Counted from the stretch's first letter, positions 17,407 through 28,542 are shown. The stretch is DNA of 50,121 nucleotides from an uncultured Spirochaetaceae bacterium (GCA_902787125.1 CADAEX010000002.1:1-50121), one strand, 5' to 3'. The notes: a model not told the origin generated them from the letters alone. Numbers and translations are program-made.

Positions 17407-18925
17407 ATTCCACTATCCGGGTCTCGCGGATTATTGTAACCCTGATTCTTCCAGGATAGCGCAGGTCTGTCTCGATCTTCTTGGTGATCTGGCGGCAAAG
17501 CTCTGCAGCCTTCTCGTCATTGATCTGATCGCTGTTCACCAGGATACGCAGCTCACGGCCTGCCTGGATTGCATATGCCTTCTCAATGCCATCGAACTGG
17601 AGTGCAATATTCTCCAGGTTCTCAAGCCGCTTGATATAGTTGTCGATAGTCTCTTTCCGGGCACCGGGACGTGCGGCAGAAATTGCATCTGCAATCTGCA
17701 CTATTATGGCTTCCAGAGTTGTAGGCTCGATATCGTTGTGGTGAGCGCCGATAGCGTTCACTACCCGTGGATCCTCGCCCATCTTCCGGGCAATCTCCAT
17801 ACCAACCTCTGCATGGTTTCCTTCGCCGTCTGACTCAACGCCTTTGCCGATATCGTGCAGAAGTGCGGCACGGTGTGCCAGAGAGCGGTTAGCACCAAGC
17901 TCTGCGGCAATAAGACCTGCTATGATAGCAACTTCCTTGGAGTGCTGCAGCACATTCTGGCCGTAGCTGGTCCTGAAGTGGAGCCGGCCCAGAGCACGGA
18001 TTCCCTCCTGAGGCATATTGTGGATACCCACATCAAAGAGAACTTTCTCGCCTTCGTCATAAATAACCTGGTTGATATCCTTGGTAACCTTCTGAACCAC
18101 ATCTTCGATGCGGGCCGGATGGATACGGCCGTCCATAACCAGACGCTCAAGAGCTTCCTTTGCAATCTCTTTCTTTACAGGGTCAAAACAGGAGAGTACA
18201 ACAGCCTCCGGTGTATCGTCGATAATAATATCAACACCGGTAAGAGTCTCCAAGGTACGGATGTTTCTTCCCTCGCGGCCGATAATCCTACCCTTCATCT
18301 CATCTGTAGGCAGGGAGACAGATGTTACTGTAACATCGCCTGTCACTTCGGTGGCAACTCTCTGGATTGTGGTTACAAGGATCTCTCTTGCTTTTTTCTC
18401 GGCACTGAGCTGGGCTTCCTGCTCAATCTTGTTCAGAAGAACCTGGGCATCGTGTCTTGCCTCGTTCTCCATGGACTGGATTATAAGCTGCTTAGCCTGC
18501 TCCGCAGTAAGCTGGGAAACTTCCTCCAGCTTCTTGCGCCAGATATCCTCCTGCTCGGTAAGGGCAGAATCTCTTTCCTTTAAACCTCTCTCACGGTCAG
18601 CAATTTCCTGTGTCTGCTTCTCCAAGATACCTAACTTATTATCCAGGTTATCTTCTTTCTGTATAAGTCGTCTTTCCTGCTTCTGAAGCTCAGCACGTCT
18701 GTCTCGGAATTCCCGTTCCTGCTGGTTGCGCTCCCTCAAGAGCTGATCCTTTGTCTCAAGGACAAGCTCCTTCTTTATCGCTTCCGCCTCTTTTACAGCA
18801 TCCTGCTTGATGCGCTCGGCCTTCTGCTCAGAGGATGAAAGCTGAAACTTGGCATATACCCAACGTACAGTCCAACCTATTATCAAACCTAAGAGAGGAA
18901 GAATACAAAACCAAATGTATATCAT
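17396..18925 (-). CDS. rny: Ribonuclease Y
   Basis: N-terminal TM anchor, coiled coil, KH domain (GRIIGREGRNIR) and HD domain (LLHDIGK). Confidence 0.95.
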   Translation of the reverse strand: MIYIWFCILPLLGLIIGWTVRWVYAKFQLSSSEQKAERIKQDAVKEAEAIKKELVLETKDQLLRERNQQEREFRDRRAELQKQERRLIQKEDNLDNKLGILEKQTQEIADRERGLKERDSALTEQEDIWRKKLEEVSQLTAEQAKQLIIQSMENEARHDAQVLLNKIEQEAQLSAEKKAREILVTTIQRVATEVTGDVTVTSVSLPTDEMKGRIIGREGRNIRTLETLTGVDIIIDDTPEAVVLSCFDPVKKEIAKEALERLVMDGRIHPARIEDVVQKVTKDINQVIYDEGEKVLFDVGIHNMPQEGIRALGRLHFRTSYGQNVLQHSKEVAIIAGLIAAELGANRSLAHRAALLHDIGKGVESDGEGNHAEVGMEIARKMGEDPRVVNAIGAHHNDIEPTTLEAIIVQIADAISAARPGARKETIDNYIKRLENLENIALQFDGIEKAYAIQAGRELRILVNSDQINDEKAAELCRQITKKIETDLRYPGRIRVTIIRETRIVEYAR

Positions 18926-18983
18926 ACTTCCTCCTAATACATATTATTCCAGTAATAAATAATATATGTATTTATTTTAAGGG

Positions 18984-19400
18984 TCAAGCAAGAACAGGGA
19001 TATTGTTGATTTTTTTTATGATATTTTTCACATTATCAGCACTGATGACTGTACTGTCGAATGCGAAGAAGAGATACCTGCCGTCGGCATCAGGGCCCAG
19101 AGGAGCAAGACAGCAGCTTGAGATATGCTTAAGGTGCATGTCCGGGATAAGACCTGTCAGCTCTGTAAGCTCGCAGAAAGATGAGTTTATTATAAGAGTA
19201 CGCCGCTTGGACAGAATCTGGGTGCAGACCTCACCGTCAACCGGGAAATTGAACACACTTCCTCCAGCACTTCCGAAGCCGGGGGCAAACACATCGGAAA
19301 AAGCATTTCCCTCCTTGGCAATAACAGCTGCATAGGGACTTCCTGTCCCGGCAAGGAGAGCAGCAAGCTCATTCACCATGTCTATATTGTCACAAGGCAT
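18984..19400 (-). CDS. Hypothetical protein (138 aa)
   Basis: Intact ORF on the same strand as its neighbours. No motif I can name. The start is uncertain (19400 or 19379). Confidence 0.5.
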   Translation of the reverse strand: MPCDNIDMVNELAALLAGTGSPYAAVIAKEGNAFSDVFAPGFGSAGGSVFNFPVDGEVCTQILSKRRTLIINSSFCELTELTGLIPDMHLKHISSCCLAPLGPDADGRYLFFAFDSTVISADNVKNIIKKINNIPVLA

Positions 19401-19416
19401 AGAGTCTTTCGGGGAT

Positions 19417-19737
19417 TCAGATGCATCTGACTATGGTATCGGCAATAAGGCGGCAGAGATCTTCGTCTGCCGGGGTTGCTGTATTCTGGTATACACTTGA
19501 GTTTATCTCGTATACACCGTCAGAAAAATCTATGACTGTATCGGTTCCCTGCATAAGGTCGGTAAACTCAATTATGCTTGCAATGCCGTCATCCTCCATG
19601 CTGATAAGTTTTTCGGCAAAGTCCATTCCATGGTAGCGGTAGGGTTCTGTATCACACAGTTCCGGCGCAGGGTTATACTTTCCCCTGATCTCATCAAGCT
19701 TTTTTCTGCGTCTTTCTATGTAACCTTCCTTCTCCAT
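19417..19737 (-). CDS. Hypothetical acidic protein (106 aa)
   Basis: Intact ORF 16 nt upstream of the 138-aa ORF. A purine-rich GGGGAACAGG precedes the ATG. No recognisable family. Confidence 0.5.
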   Translation of the reverse strand: MEKEGYIERRRKKLDEIRGKYNPAPELCDTEPYRYHGMDFAEKLISMEDDGIASIIEFTDLMQGTDTVIDFSDGVYEINSSVYQNTATPADEDLCRLIADTIVRCI

Positions 19738-19749
19738 CCTGTTCCCCGA

Positions 19750-19780
19750 TACAAATAAGGGGAAGTAAAATACTTCCCCC
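19750..19780 (-). terminator. Rho-independent terminator after rplQ
   Basis: Minus strand: GGGGAAGTA-TTT-TACTTCCCC followed by TTATTTGT. Confidence 0.7.
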
Positions 19781-19803
19781 TGATGCTGAATTCAATAAAA
19801 AGG

Positions 19804-20235
19804 TCAAGCCTTCTCAGCTGGAGCTGCTGCCTCAGCCTTCTTCTCTTTCTTGTCCTTCTTATCCTTTTTCTCTTTTACCTTTCTGTCCACAAGCTCAAGA
19901 ATAACAATTTCTGCAGCATCGTTGTTCCGTCTGCCCAGCTTAAGGATTCTTGTGTATCCGCCGTTTCTTGTGGCAAATCTTGGAGCAATATCAGTAAAGA
20001 GCTTTGCCAGAATTGCCTCGTCCTTGATATCCTCGGCAACAACTCTGCGGTTATGTACAGAATCCTCTTTTGCCCGGGTAATCATTTTCTCAGCCATTCT
20101 TCTGATCTCAAGAGCTCTTGCTTTTGTTGTCTTAATTCTCTCGTATTTAAAGACAGAGGTAACCATGCTTCTTTTTACCGCTTTTCTGCGGTCGCTTCTC
20201 ATGTTAAGCGCATTAAAACCTGATTTATGCTTCAT
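19804..20235 (-). CDS. rplQ: 50S ribosomal protein L17 with a Lys-rich C-terminal extension
   Basis: [27 protein letters not shown]...GGYTRILKLGRR. The tail is KVKEKKDKKDKKEKKAEAAAPAEKA. Confidence 0.95.
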   Translation of the reverse strand: MKHKSGFNALNMRSDRRKAVKRSMVTSVFKYERIKTTKARALEIRRMAEKMITRAKEDSVHNRRVVAEDIKDEAILAKLFTDIAPRFATRNGGYTRILKLGRRNNDAAEIVILELVDRKVKEKKDKKDKKEKKAEAAAPAEKA

Positions 20236-21283
20236 CTTTGTTTTCCTTCTGTAGTGTTTTTGGTCCTATTTTTCTATTTATGTAGTCTGCCTCTGTCATA
20301 CCCAGAGTAAGACCCCACTCTTCAAGCTTGCCCTTGATTTCTGCCAGGGATTTCTTTCCGAAGTTACGGGTTCTGAGGATATCTTCCTCGTTCTTTTCGG
20401 TAAGCTCACCCAGTGTGAAGATCTTAGCCTTGTTAAGGCAGTTGCTTGCCCGGACAGAAAGCTCAAGCTGACTTACCGGAGTATTCTTGACCTCAAGAAT
20501 ATGCTTGTCAGTCTTATCCTTTTCTTCCTCGCTGTTGATCTCTTTCTCATCAAAGTTGATGAAGATAGTGAAATGCTCCTTGGCAATTTTTGCGGCTTCG
20601 CCCACTGCATCTACAGGAGATACTGTACCATCGGTCCATACCTCCAGGATAAGCTTGTCGTAGTCGCTTCTGTCGCCTACACGTGTATTCTCGATGGAAT
20701 ATTTAACCTTTTTGACAGGTGAGAAAATTCCATCTACAGCAATTGCATCAACAAACTCTTTATACTGCTCGTTGACTTCGGCTGGAACATATCCTCTTCC
20801 AAGAGAGATCTGAACTTCCATATCCAGCTTTGCATCCTTCATAAGGGTAGCAATCTTAAGATCAGGATTCAGAATCTTGATGTTGGCATCCACCTCGAAA
20901 TCTTTTCCAGTAATGACACAGCCTGACTTGTTCTCAAGGAGAATGACCCGGTCCTCTTCTTCATTGGAAAGAGCTACACAGAGAGATTTCAGGTTGCTGA
21001 TAATCTCCGGTGTATCCTCAACTACTCCTGGAATACGCTCGAACTCGCTGGGGATTACATGAGGTTTTCCATCAGCATCGTAGCTGGTGAAACGGACAGC
21101 AACCACAGCAAATCCCTGGATAGAGGAAAGGAGCACACGGCGCATGGTGTTGCCGATAGTTGTTCCAAAGCCTCTCTCGAACGGATAAGCTATGAACTTT
21201 CCGTAATCCTGGGAAAGATCGTTCTGTTCCAGTGAAAGTCCCGAAGGTTTCTTAAACCCTTTTAAAAGGTTTTTTCTTGCCAT
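20225..21283 (-). CDS. rpoA: DNA-directed RNA polymerase subunit alpha
   Basis: NTD ([14 protein letters not shown]) and CTD ([22 protein letters not shown]). It occupies the alpha-operon position. Confidence 0.96.
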   Translation of the reverse strand: MARKNLLKGFKKPSGLSLEQNDLSQDYGKFIAYPFERGFGTTIGNTMRRVLLSSIQGFAVVAVRFTSYDADGKPHVIPSEFERIPGVVEDTPEIISNLKSLCVALSNEEEDRVILLENKSGCVITGKDFEVDANIKILNPDLKIATLMKDAKLDMEVQISLGRGYVPAEVNEQYKEFVDAIAVDGIFSPVKKVKYSIENTRVGDRSDYDKLILEVWTDGTVSPVDAVGEAAKIAKEHFTIFINFDEKEINSEEEKDKTDKHILEVKNTPVSQLELSVRASNCLNKAKIFTLGELTEKNEEDILRTRNFGKKSLAEIKGKLEEWGLTLGMTEADYINRKIGPKTLQKENKDEA

Positions 21284-21287
21284 CTAA

Positions 21288-21887
21288 TTACCTCGAGTAG
21301 AATTCTACAATCAGCTGCTCGTTGATATCAGCCAAGTCTGTAACTTCGCTTCTCAGCGGCAGTGCCTTAACAGTTCCCTTCATTGCGTCTGGATCGACAT
21401 CAAGCCAAGGCATTACGCCGGACTTTGTAAATTCCTTAAGACTTTCCTTGATGATAACAAAGTTCTTGCTTCCTTCTTTAATCTCGATGACATCTCCTGC
21501 TTTAACCAGGTAGGAAGGAATTGTCACTTTCTCGCCGTTAACCAGAATATGACCATGGTTGACCAGCTGTCTTGCCTGCTTTCTTGTGGAGGCAAATCTC
21601 ATTCTGAATACCATGTTGTCAAGGCGGCGCTCAAGAAGGGAGATAAGGTTCTCACCTGTCTTACCTTTCATTCTGTTTGCTTTTTCAAAGGTAAGCTTGA
21701 ACTGCTTCTCCAGAAGTCCATAGATAAAGCGCACTTTCTGCTTTTCAGCAAGCTGGAGGCCATATCCTGATTTCTTCTTTCTGACTTCCTTGCCTTTTCT
21801 CTTTGACTCTTTTGTATACCCCATCACAACAGGGTTGATTCCTAAAGCTTTGCACCGCTTTAAGAGGGGCTGCATACTTTTTCCCAT
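21288..21887 (-). CDS. rpsD: 30S ribosomal protein S4
   Basis: YGLQLAEKQKVRFIYGL, RLDNMVFRMRFASTRKQARQLVNHGHILVNG (S4 domain). Confidence 0.94.
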   Translation of the reverse strand: MGKSMQPLLKRCKALGINPVVMGYTKESKRKGKEVRKKKSGYGLQLAEKQKVRFIYGLLEKQFKLTFEKANRMKGKTGENLISLLERRLDNMVFRMRFASTRKQARQLVNHGHILVNGEKVTIPSYLVKAGDVIEIKEGSKNFVIIKESLKEFTKSGVMPWLDVDPDAMKGTVKALPLRSEVTDLADINEQLIVEFYSR

Positions 21888-21906
21888 ACTGTACTCTCCT
21901 TAGAAC

Positions 21907-22287
21907 TCACACTCTTCTTGTTTTCTTAGGCCGACATCCGTTGTGTGGAATCGGAGTTACATCCCGGATGGAGAGCACCTTAAGTCCAAGTCCTCCCAGG
22001 GATCTGACAGCTGATTCTCTGCCGACACCAGGTCCGCTGATATAAACGTTAACCTCTTTCAGGCCGTAGTCCATAGCTTTCTTAGCAGCAGCCTCACATA
22101 CTGACTGTGCTGCAAAAGGAGTGGATTTCTTGGCTCCTCTGAAGGAAAGCTCACCGGAGCTTGCCCAAGACAAAGCGTTGCCCATCAGATCGGTCACAGT
22201 AACAATAGTATTATTGAAGCTGGCCTTAATATAAACATTTCCGCTGAAAACTGAAATCTTTTCTTTTTTCTTTTTTACAGTAGCCAC
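21907..22287 (-). CDS. rpsK: 30S ribosomal protein S11
   Basis: [27 protein letters not shown]...[16 protein letters not shown]. Confidence 0.97.
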   Translation of the reverse strand: MATVKKKKEKISVFSGNVYIKASFNNTIVTVTDLMGNALSWASSGELSFRGAKKSTPFAAQSVCEAAAKKAMDYGLKEVNVYISGPGVGRESAVRSLGGLGLKVLSIRDVTPIPHNGCRPKKTRRV

Positions 22288-22302
22288 TTATGTCCTCCAA
22301 CC

Positions 22303-22668
22303 TTACTTCTTCTTTCCGGCAACAGTCTTCTTCTTGCCTTTTCTGGTACGTGCATTGGTCTTTGTTCTCTGACCGCGGACAGGAAGTCCCTTTCTGTGTC
22401 TGAGTCCCCTGTAGCATCCAATGTCCATAAGACGCTTGATGTTAAGAGCAATCTCAGATCTGAGGCGGCCTTCAACCTTGTATTCAGTCTCGATGACCTT
22501 TCTCAGGTTGTTAACCTCTTCCGGTGTAAGATCGTTGATTTTCTTGTCTGCATCGATTCCAGTTGCCTCGCAGATCTTAACTGCAGAAGTTCTGCCGATA
22601 CCATAGATATATGTAAGTGCTATCTTTGCACTTTTGTTGGGAAGGTCAATACCCGCAATTCTTGCCAT
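22303..22668 (-). CDS. rpsM: 30S ribosomal protein S13
   Basis: [29 protein letters not shown]...[27 protein letters not shown]. Confidence 0.97.
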   Translation of the reverse strand: MARIAGIDLPNKSAKIALTYIYGIGRTSAVKICEATGIDADKKINDLTPEEVNNLRKVIETEYKVEGRLRSEIALNIKRLMDIGCYRGLRHRKGLPVRGQRTKTNARTRKGKKKTVAGKKK

Positions 22669-22685
22669 AACTCTTCTCTCTCCCC

Positions 22686-22799
22686 TTACCGCTGTCTTTG
22701 TTTATGCTTAGGATTCTGACAAACAATTCTCAGAACACCTTTTCTTCTGATAACTTTGCATTTCTCACACAAAGGTTTTACACTCACTCTGACTTTCAT
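22686..22799 (-). CDS. rpmJ: 50S ribosomal protein L36
   Basis: My own translation gives [37 protein letters not shown] (37 aa). It is below the ORF-track size cutoff. It lies between secY and rpsM. Confidence 0.95.
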   Translation of the reverse strand: MKVRVSVKPLCEKCKVIRRKGVLRIVCQNPKHKQRQR

Positions 22800-22810
22800 A
22801 TCACTCCTCT

Positions 22811-24139
22811 TTATAAATTCCTGGATCTGATCCTGCCTTTCTTTACCAGTCCCTCATGATGGTGCATTTTCATGTGGCCCTCAATCTGAGACATGAAGTC
22901 AAGGTCAACTCCAACCATAATCAACAATGATGTTCCACCCATAAGCATTGCAACCTGACTTGGGAAGTGGAATATTATCTGCACCAGTGTAGGGATAAGT
23001 GCGATAAATGCCAGGAACAAGGATCCTGCCAGAACTATTCTGTTAAGGATTCTCATAAGATAGGCTTCCATCTTCTCAGATCTGATTCCTGGGATAGAAC
23101 CTCCGTTCTCTCTGATCTGCTTTGAAATTTCTGTAGGATTCAGTGTTACCTGAGTGTAGAAATATGCAAAGAAGATGATGAGCAGTGTGTAGGTTGTGAG
23201 ATAGAGCCAGCCTGATGGTCTGAACCAGTAAGCCAGTGTACCCATCCACCGTACCTTGACACCCATGCCACCGAGAATCTGGAGAGGGAATGTCATTACT
23301 GAAGATGCAAAAATAACAGGAATAACGCCTGACGGATTGATCTTAAACGGAATGTAAGTATTCTGTCCGCCATACATTTTTCTTCCTACCACTCTCTTAG
23401 CATAGTGTACCGGAATCTTGCGCTGTCCCTGCTGTTCGTAGATAACCAGTGCTATAACCACTACAAAGAGTGCAAGCACGATGATCAGGAATACAGGGTT
23501 GATGTCCTTGGACTTGATTCTTCCGAACATAAGGATGAAAGCCTCGGGCATCCTTGCCACAATACCGGCAAAAATGATAAGGGAAACTCCATTTCCTACG
23601 CCCCGCTGGGTGATCTGCTCACCCATCCATACCAGGAGCATACTTCCGGTTGTTACAGTGACAATGGCAATCAGGGAATATGAAAGCCGTCCCATTGTAA
23701 TTGCATCCGGAATCTGTCTGGCATATACAGTCGCCGCATAGGACTGGATAAGACAAACTAAAACTGTACCGTATCTGGTGTACCGTGCAATCTTCTTTCT
23801 GCCGCCGTCTTCCTGTGAAATCTTCTTCAGCTTAGGGAAGACAAGAATAAGAAGCTGCATGATGATCGACATGGAAATATAAGGCATAATTCCAAGCATG
23901 AATACGGAGAAGTTCTTGAAACCACCACCGGCAAAGAAATCGATATAATCAGCAAGACCGATCGCACCATTTGATGAGCTCTGAGCTGTCAGGTAATACA
24001 GCTTAAGGGCGTTCACATTGATTCCAGGGATAGGAATTGTGGCACCGATTCTGAAAACCATCAGAACAGCAAAGGTGAAGATGAGTCTCTGCCGTAAATC
24101 TTTAATTCTGAATATATCAACAAGTGCGTTGCCAGCCAT
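22811..24139 (-). CDS. secY: Preprotein translocase subunit SecY
   Basis: 442-aa polytopic membrane protein with motifs [15 protein letters not shown] and [11 protein letters not shown]. It occupies the spc-operon position. Confidence 0.96.
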   Translation of the reverse strand: MAGNALVDIFRIKDLRQRLIFTFAVLMVFRIGATIPIPGINVNALKLYYLTAQSSSNGAIGLADYIDFFAGGGFKNFSVFMLGIMPYISMSIIMQLLILVFPKLKKISQEDGGRKKIARYTRYGTVLVCLIQSYAATVYARQIPDAITMGRLSYSLIAIVTVTTGSMLLVWMGEQITQRGVGNGVSLIIFAGIVARMPEAFILMFGRIKSKDINPVFLIIVLALFVVVIALVIYEQQGQRKIPVHYAKRVVGRKMYGGQNTYIPFKINPSGVIPVIFASSVMTFPLQILGGMGVKVRWMGTLAYWFRPSGWLYLTTYTLLIIFFAYFYTQVTLNPTEISKQIRENGGSIPGIRSEKMEAYLMRILNRIVLAGSLFLAFIALIPTLVQIIFHFPSQVAMLMGGTSLLIMVGVDLDFMSQIEGHMKMHHHEGLVKKGRIRSRNL

Positions 24140-24140
24140 G

Positions 24141-24599
24141 TTACCTACCTATCTCTTCTTCTACGATCTTGCCACCAGCTTTCTCGATTTTCTCTTTTGC
24201 AGAAGCTGACATATCAAGCATCTCAACAGTAAGAGCCTTGGTGAGGTCGCCGCTTCCGAGAATCTTTACCAGGACATCCTTTGCCTTGATAAGGTTTCTT
24301 TCCACCAGTGCTTCCCATGTTACTATCTCGCCAGCCTCAAATTTATTCTCAAGATCTGCGACATTTACTACTGCAAATGTTGTCTTGAAAGGATAGTTTT
24401 TAAATCCTCTTCTGGACACTCTTCTGAACAGTGGCATCTGACCGCCCTCGAATCCTGGGCGAACGCCGCCGCCAGATCTTGCATTCTGTCCCTTGTGACC
24501 CTTTCCAGAAGTCTTTCCAAGGCCAGAACCCATACCACGTCCGACTTTCTTTCTGTTTTTATTTGCTCCGCAAGGGGCTTTGAGTATAATATCAGACAT
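24141..24599 (-). CDS. rplO: 50S ribosomal protein L15
   Basis: [38 protein letters not shown]. Confidence 0.96.
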   Translation of the reverse strand: MSDIILKAPCGANKNRKKVGRGMGSGLGKTSGKGHKGQNARSGGGVRPGFEGGQMPLFRRVSRRGFKNYPFKTTFAVVNVADLENKFEAGEIVTWEALVERNLIKAKDVLVKILGSGDLTKALTVEMLDMSASAKEKIEKAGGKIVEEEIGR

Positions 24600-24601
24600 G
24601 A

Positions 24602-24784
24602 TTACATCTCCTCAACTTTTACAAGGTGATTGATTTTCCGGACCATGCCAAGGATTGCAGGATTGCTGTCCAGGATTACATAAGAGCTGATCTTATTCAG
24701 TCCCAGGGCATGTGCAGTCTTGATCTGGTCAGGCTTTCTGCCGAATGTGCTTTTAACCAATTGAATTTTGATTTTACCAGCCAT
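24602..24784 (-). CDS. rpmD: 50S ribosomal protein L30
   Basis: [30 protein letters not shown] prefer the ATG at 24784; the track start at 24796 would overlap rpsE. Confidence 0.92.
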   Translation of the reverse strand: MAGKIKIQLVKSTFGRKPDQIKTAHALGLNKISSYVILDSNPAILGMVRKINHLVKVEEM

Positions 24785-24786
24785 TT

Positions 24787-25275
24787 TCAACCCCATATAT
24801 CTTTCAGAGTCTTGCCTCTGTCTGCAGCAATCTTCTTAGCATCCATAATGCTCTCGAATCCGGAGAAAACTGCCTTAACAATGTTAATGCTGTTCTTTGT
24901 GCCCAGAGACTTACTTAAAATATCGGTAACTCCCACAGCTTCCATAACAGCCCGGACTGGACCACCTGCAATAACTCCAGTACCAGGTGCAGCAGGCTTG
25001 AGTATTACCTTTGCACTCTTGAACTCGCAGAGCTCTGCATGAGGAATGGTGTTGTTCTTGAGAGGAACTGTGATAAGGCTCTTCTTTGCCTTATCTACAC
25101 CTTTTCTTATAGCTTCTGTAACATCGTTTGCCTTGCCGAAACCGTAGCCGACAGATCCCTGCTTATCTCCAACAACAACCAGTGCAGAGAATGAGAATCT
25201 TCTACCACCTTTTACTACTTTGGCAACTCTGTTGAGCTTTATAAGTTTTTCAACATATTCTTTTTCCTGATCCAC
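24787..25275 (-). CDS. rpsE: 30S ribosomal protein S5
   Basis: LNRVAKVVKGGRRFSFSALVVVGDKQGSVGYGFGKA. GTG start. Confidence 0.96.
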   Translation of the reverse strand: MDQEKEYVEKLIKLNRVAKVVKGGRRFSFSALVVVGDKQGSVGYGFGKANDVTEAIRKGVDKAKKSLITVPLKNNTIPHAELCEFKSAKVILKPAAPGTGVIAGGPVRAVMEAVGVTDILSKSLGTKNSINIVKAVFSGFESIMDAKKIAADRGKTLKDIWG

Positions 25276-25284
25276 GTCGTCCCC

Positions 25285-25644
25285 CTAGAACTTTATGCCG
25301 GCTTCTCTTGCGCCATCTGCAATAGCTTTGATCTTTCCGTGATAGAGGTAACCGCCTCTGTCAAACACCACTGTGTCAATCTTAAGCTCTTTAAGCCGCT
25401 CTCCGGCAATCTGACCAAGTTTCTTGGCGCCTTCAATGTTTGTCTTGACATCCCGCAGGTCTTTCTCAAGGTTGGATACTGCAAGGAGTGTCTTTCCCTC
25501 GATGTCGTCAATAGCCTGGATGTACAGGTGACAGTTGCTCTTGAAAACTGAAAGTCTTGGTCTTTCTGAAGTTCCGCTTACTTTAGCACGGATGCTTTTT
25601 CTGCGTCTAATGCGTCTTTTATTTCCTTCAACTAACTTCTTCAT
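25285..25644 (-). CDS. rplR: 50S ribosomal protein L18
   Basis: RPRLSVFKSNCHLYIQAIDD...VVFDRGGYLYHGKIKAIADGAREAGIKF. Confidence 0.96.
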   Translation of the reverse strand: MKKLVEGNKRRIRRRKSIRAKVSGTSERPRLSVFKSNCHLYIQAIDDIEGKTLLAVSNLEKDLRDVKTNIEGAKKLGQIAGERLKELKIDTVVFDRGGYLYHGKIKAIADGAREAGIKF

Positions 25645-25655
25645 ATCAACCTATC

Positions 25656-26195
25656 CTATTTTGTACCTGATTTTCCGACCTTGCGGCGTACATACTCACC
25701 GTCGAACTTGATTCCCTTGCCCTTATATGGCTCTACAGGTCTTAAGTTCTTGATCTCGATGCATGTCTGGCCTACGTGCTGCTTATCGATACCTTCTACG
25801 ATAATCTTGTTAGGACCGTCGCAGGTGATCTTAAGGTCATCGGCAATCTGATACATAATCTGTGTTGAGTATCCAAGGCTGAGGAGAAGGATCTTTCCCT
25901 GAACTTCAGCTTTGTAACCTACACCGGTGATAACCAGAGTCTTCTTATATCCTTTGGAGACACCCTCAACCATGTTCTTGACCAGGCTGCGGTAAAGTCC
26001 GTGGAATGCTCTGCTCTCCCTCTCATCATTCTGACGGGAAAGAACAACTGCGTTATCCTTCACCTCCACGGAAATGAGTGGGGATACTGTCTGGCTCAAT
26101 TTTCCCTTAGGGCCTTCTACAGTGACAGTGTTGTCTGCAACTGCTACTTTGACTCCTGAAGGTATCTGAATCGGTAATTTTCCAATACGTGACAT
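25656..26195 (-). CDS. rplF: 50S ribosomal protein L6
   Basis: MSRIGKLPIQIPSGVKV...VGYKAEVQGK...EPYKGKGIKF. Confidence 0.96.
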   Translation of the reverse strand: MSRIGKLPIQIPSGVKVAVADNTVTVEGPKGKLSQTVSPLISVEVKDNAVVLSRQNDERESRAFHGLYRSLVKNMVEGVSKGYKKTLVITGVGYKAEVQGKILLLSLGYSTQIMYQIADDLKITCDGPNKIIVEGIDKQHVGQTCIEIKNLRPVEPYKGKGIKFDGEYVRRKVGKSGTK

Positions 26196-26205
26196 ATTCC
26201 AACTC

Positions 26206-26604
26206 CTACCAAATTGAGCAGATCAGCTCTCCGCCGACCTTATTCTCTGTAGCTTTCTTTCCGGTGGTCACACCAGCGGATGTGGAAACTACAATTGTTC
26301 CGTAGCCATTCTTAATCCGAGGCATTTTCTTATAGCCTGAATAGATTCTTCTACCAGGTGTTGATATCTTCTCAATATCGTGGATGATCGGATTCTCCAT
26401 CTCATCATACTTAAGGAAAAGTCTGATGAAATTCTTGCCGTCCAGCTGGATCTTCTTGAAGTTCTTCACATATCCTTCGTTCTTCAAAACTTTGACAATC
26501 TCAAGTTTCAATTTTGAAGGAGTAATGTCTACCTTCTCAAAACCAGCGCGGCTTGCGTTTCTTATTTTTGTAAGCATATCTGCAACAGGATCTGATACTG
26601 CCAT
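26206..26604 (-). CDS. rpsH: 30S ribosomal protein S8
   Basis: [17 protein letters not shown]...GGELICSIW. The ATG at 26604 is preceded by GGGAG. The track start is an upstream extension that overlaps rpsZ. Confidence 0.95.
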   Translation of the reverse strand: MAVSDPVADMLTKIRNASRAGFEKVDITPSKLKLEIVKVLKNEGYVKNFKKIQLDGKNFIRLFLKYDEMENPIIHDIEKISTPGRRIYSGYKKMPRIKNGYGTIVVSTSAGVTTGKKATENKVGGELICSIW

Positions 26605-26615
26605 TATTATCTCCC

Positions 26616-26801
26616 TTACCAACTCGATTTTGTTACACCAGGTATCAAGCCTTTGCTTGCCAGTTTTCTGAAGCAAATTCTACACATCTGGAAATCTCTC
26701 ATGTAGCCCCGCGGTCTTCCGCAGATCTTGCATCTGTTAACTCTTCTAGTCATGAACTTAGGCTCTCTTAAAGCCTTGATGATCATTGATTTCTTTGCCA
26801 T
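26616..26801 (-). CDS. rpsZ: 30S ribosomal protein S14, type Z (zinc-binding)
   Basis: 61 aa: [10 protein letters not shown]...[29 protein letters not shown] (CxxC...CxxC). Confidence 0.95.
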   Translation of the reverse strand: MAKKSMIIKALREPKFMTRRVNRCKICGRPRGYMRDFQMCRICFRKLASKGLIPGVTKSSW

Positions 26802-26810
26802 CTATTACCT

Positions 26811-27359
26811 CTACTTCCTAAAAGGCATACCAAGTTTTGCCAAAAGACTCTTTGCTTCCTGATCTGTATTGCATGTTGTAACAATTGCAATGTTCATTCC
26901 GCTTACCCGCTCAATCTTGTCAAAGTCAATCTCGGGGAAGATAATCTGTTCCTTGATACCCAAAGAGTAGTTTCCGCGTCCGTCGAATGCGTTGTCGTTT
27001 ACTCCTCTGAAGTCCTTTACACGTGGAAGAGCCACATTGATAAGTCTGTCAAGGAACTCCCACATCATGTTGCTTCTAAGGGTAACCTTTGCTCCGATTT
27101 CGGCGCCTTCTCTCAGCTTAAAGTTTGCAATAGACTTCCGAGCCCGGGTTCTAAGAGGTTTCTGTCCGGTGATAAGTGCAAGCTCGCCTACAGCAGCATC
27201 AAGAAGCTTCTTGTTCTCGATAGCATCGCCGCAGCCTACGCTTACAATCACTTTCTCGATTCTAGGAATCTGCATAACAGTCTTATAGCCGAATTCTTTG
27301 TTAAGCTCTTCTGCAACCTTTTTATATTTAATCTTAAGATTCGGTTCTTTATTGCTCAT
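26811..27359 (-). CDS. rplE: 50S ribosomal protein L5
   Basis: [14 protein letters not shown]...[13 protein letters not shown]...[28 protein letters not shown]. The ATG at 27359 overlaps the rplX stop. Confidence 0.95.
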   Translation of the reverse strand: MSNKEPNLKIKYKKVAEELNKEFGYKTVMQIPRIEKVIVSVGCGDAIENKKLLDAAVGELALITGQKPLRTRARKSIANFKLREGAEIGAKVTLRSNMMWEFLDRLINVALPRVKDFRGVNDNAFDGRGNYSLGIKEQIIFPEIDFDKIERVSGMNIAIVTTCNTDQEAKSLLAKLGMPFRK

Positions 27360-27676
27360 TACAGTACTTCTCCACACTTCTTGCATTTGCGGACTTTCTT
27401 GTCCCCTGTGCCTTCGATACCGATTCTGGTAGGTCCGCACTTCTTACAAACGATCATTACATTGGAAATGTCGATTGGAGCCTCGATATCTACGATACCG
27501 CCCTTCTCACCCTGTCTTCTTGGCTTTCTGGCCTTCTTGACCATGTTGAGCCCTGCAACAAGAACTTTTCCTTTCTCGCGATCAATCTTCAGGATCTTGC
27601 CGGACTTTCCTTTTTCCTTTCCGGTGGTGACCTGAACCAGATCATCTTTCTTCAGTTTATATTTTACAACTTCCAT
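27359..27676 (-). CDS. rplX: 50S ribosomal protein L24
   Basis: [25 protein letters not shown] (KOW motif). I prefer the ATG at 27676 with GAGGGA upstream. Confidence 0.93.
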   Translation of the reverse strand: MEVVKYKLKKDDLVQVTTGKEKGKSGKILKIDREKGKVLVAGLNMVKKARKPRRQGEKGGIVDIEAPIDISNVMIVCKKCGPTRIGIEGTGDKKVRKCKKCGEVL

Positions 27677-27687
27677 ATACAAATCCC

Positions 27688-28056
27688 TCAAAGTACTTCC
27701 GGAGCAAGAGAAATAATCTTCATCTGATCAACATCTCTCAATTCTCTGGCAACTGGTCCAAAAATTCTCTTGCCTTTTGGGGCGAGACTTGCATCCAGGA
27801 TAACGCAGGCATTGTCATCGAATCTGATGTAAGTTCCATCAGTTCTTCTGATCTTACTGGTTGTTCTGACAATAACTGCTTTCTGAACATCACCTTTCTT
27901 AACCGGTGCGTTAGGAATGGCATCCTTAACAGCTACTACAATGATCTCTCCGATTCCGGCAGTATTCTTATGGCTTCCGCCCAGAACCTTGATACACTGT
28001 ACAATCTTTGCACCGCTGTTATCTGCTACATTCAGATATGTCTGCATCTGTATCAT
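27688..28056 (-). CDS. rplN: 50S ribosomal protein L14
   Basis: [28 protein letters not shown]...[10 protein letters not shown]. Confidence 0.97.
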   Translation of the reverse strand: MIQMQTYLNVADNSGAKIVQCIKVLGGSHKNTAGIGEIIVVAVKDAIPNAPVKKGDVQKAVIVRTTSKIRRTDGTYIRFDDNACVILDASLAPKGKRIFGPVARELRDVDQMKIISLAPEVL

Positions 28057-28072
28057 AACTTAACCACCTTAA

Positions 28073-28333
28073 TTATTTAGCCCGCTCTACAATCTCAAGA
28101 AGTCTCCAGCGTTTTTCCTTGCTGAGAGGCCGTGACTGGATAACTCTTACAGTATCTCCGATATGAGCTTCATTATTCTCGTCGTGAGCCTTTACCTTCT
28201 TGGTTCTGACAACATATTTCTTGTACAATCTGTGAAGTGTTTTGTTGACAATAGAAACAACAATTGTCTTCTCCATTTTGTCGCTGACTACAAGACCTGT
28301 ATAAATTTTCTTGCCTATAGTTTTTTCTTCCAT
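28073..28333 (-). CDS. rpsQ: 30S ribosomal protein S17
   Basis: [52 protein letters not shown]. Confidence 0.96.
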   Translation of the reverse strand: MEEKTIGKKIYTGLVVSDKMEKTIVVSIVNKTLHRLYKKYVVRTKKVKAHDENNEAHIGDTVRVIQSRPLSKEKRWRLLEIVERAK

Positions 28334-28344
28334 GTCAGTCTCCC

Positions 28345-28539
28345 TTACCTAATTCCAAGATTCTTAGCATGGATAAGTGTCTTGACTCTGGCAATCTGTC
28401 TTCTGAGAGTTCTCTTCTCAAGAGGATTCTCAACATGGCCAAGAACTGTCTTGAATCTTAAATCCATATACTTCTTAATCAGTTCTTCATATTTAGCAAG
28501 AAGTTCTTCATGTGTAAGTTCTTTAAAGCTGTTTTTCAT
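28345..28539 (-). CDS. rpmC: 50S ribosomal protein L29
   Basis: 64 aa: [23 protein letters not shown]...IARVKTLI. It lies between rplP and rpsQ. Confidence 0.94.
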   Translation of the reverse strand: MKNSFKELTHEELLAKYEELIKKYMDLRFKTVLGHVENPLEKRTLRRQIARVKTLIHAKNLGIR

Positions 28540-28542
28540 AAT

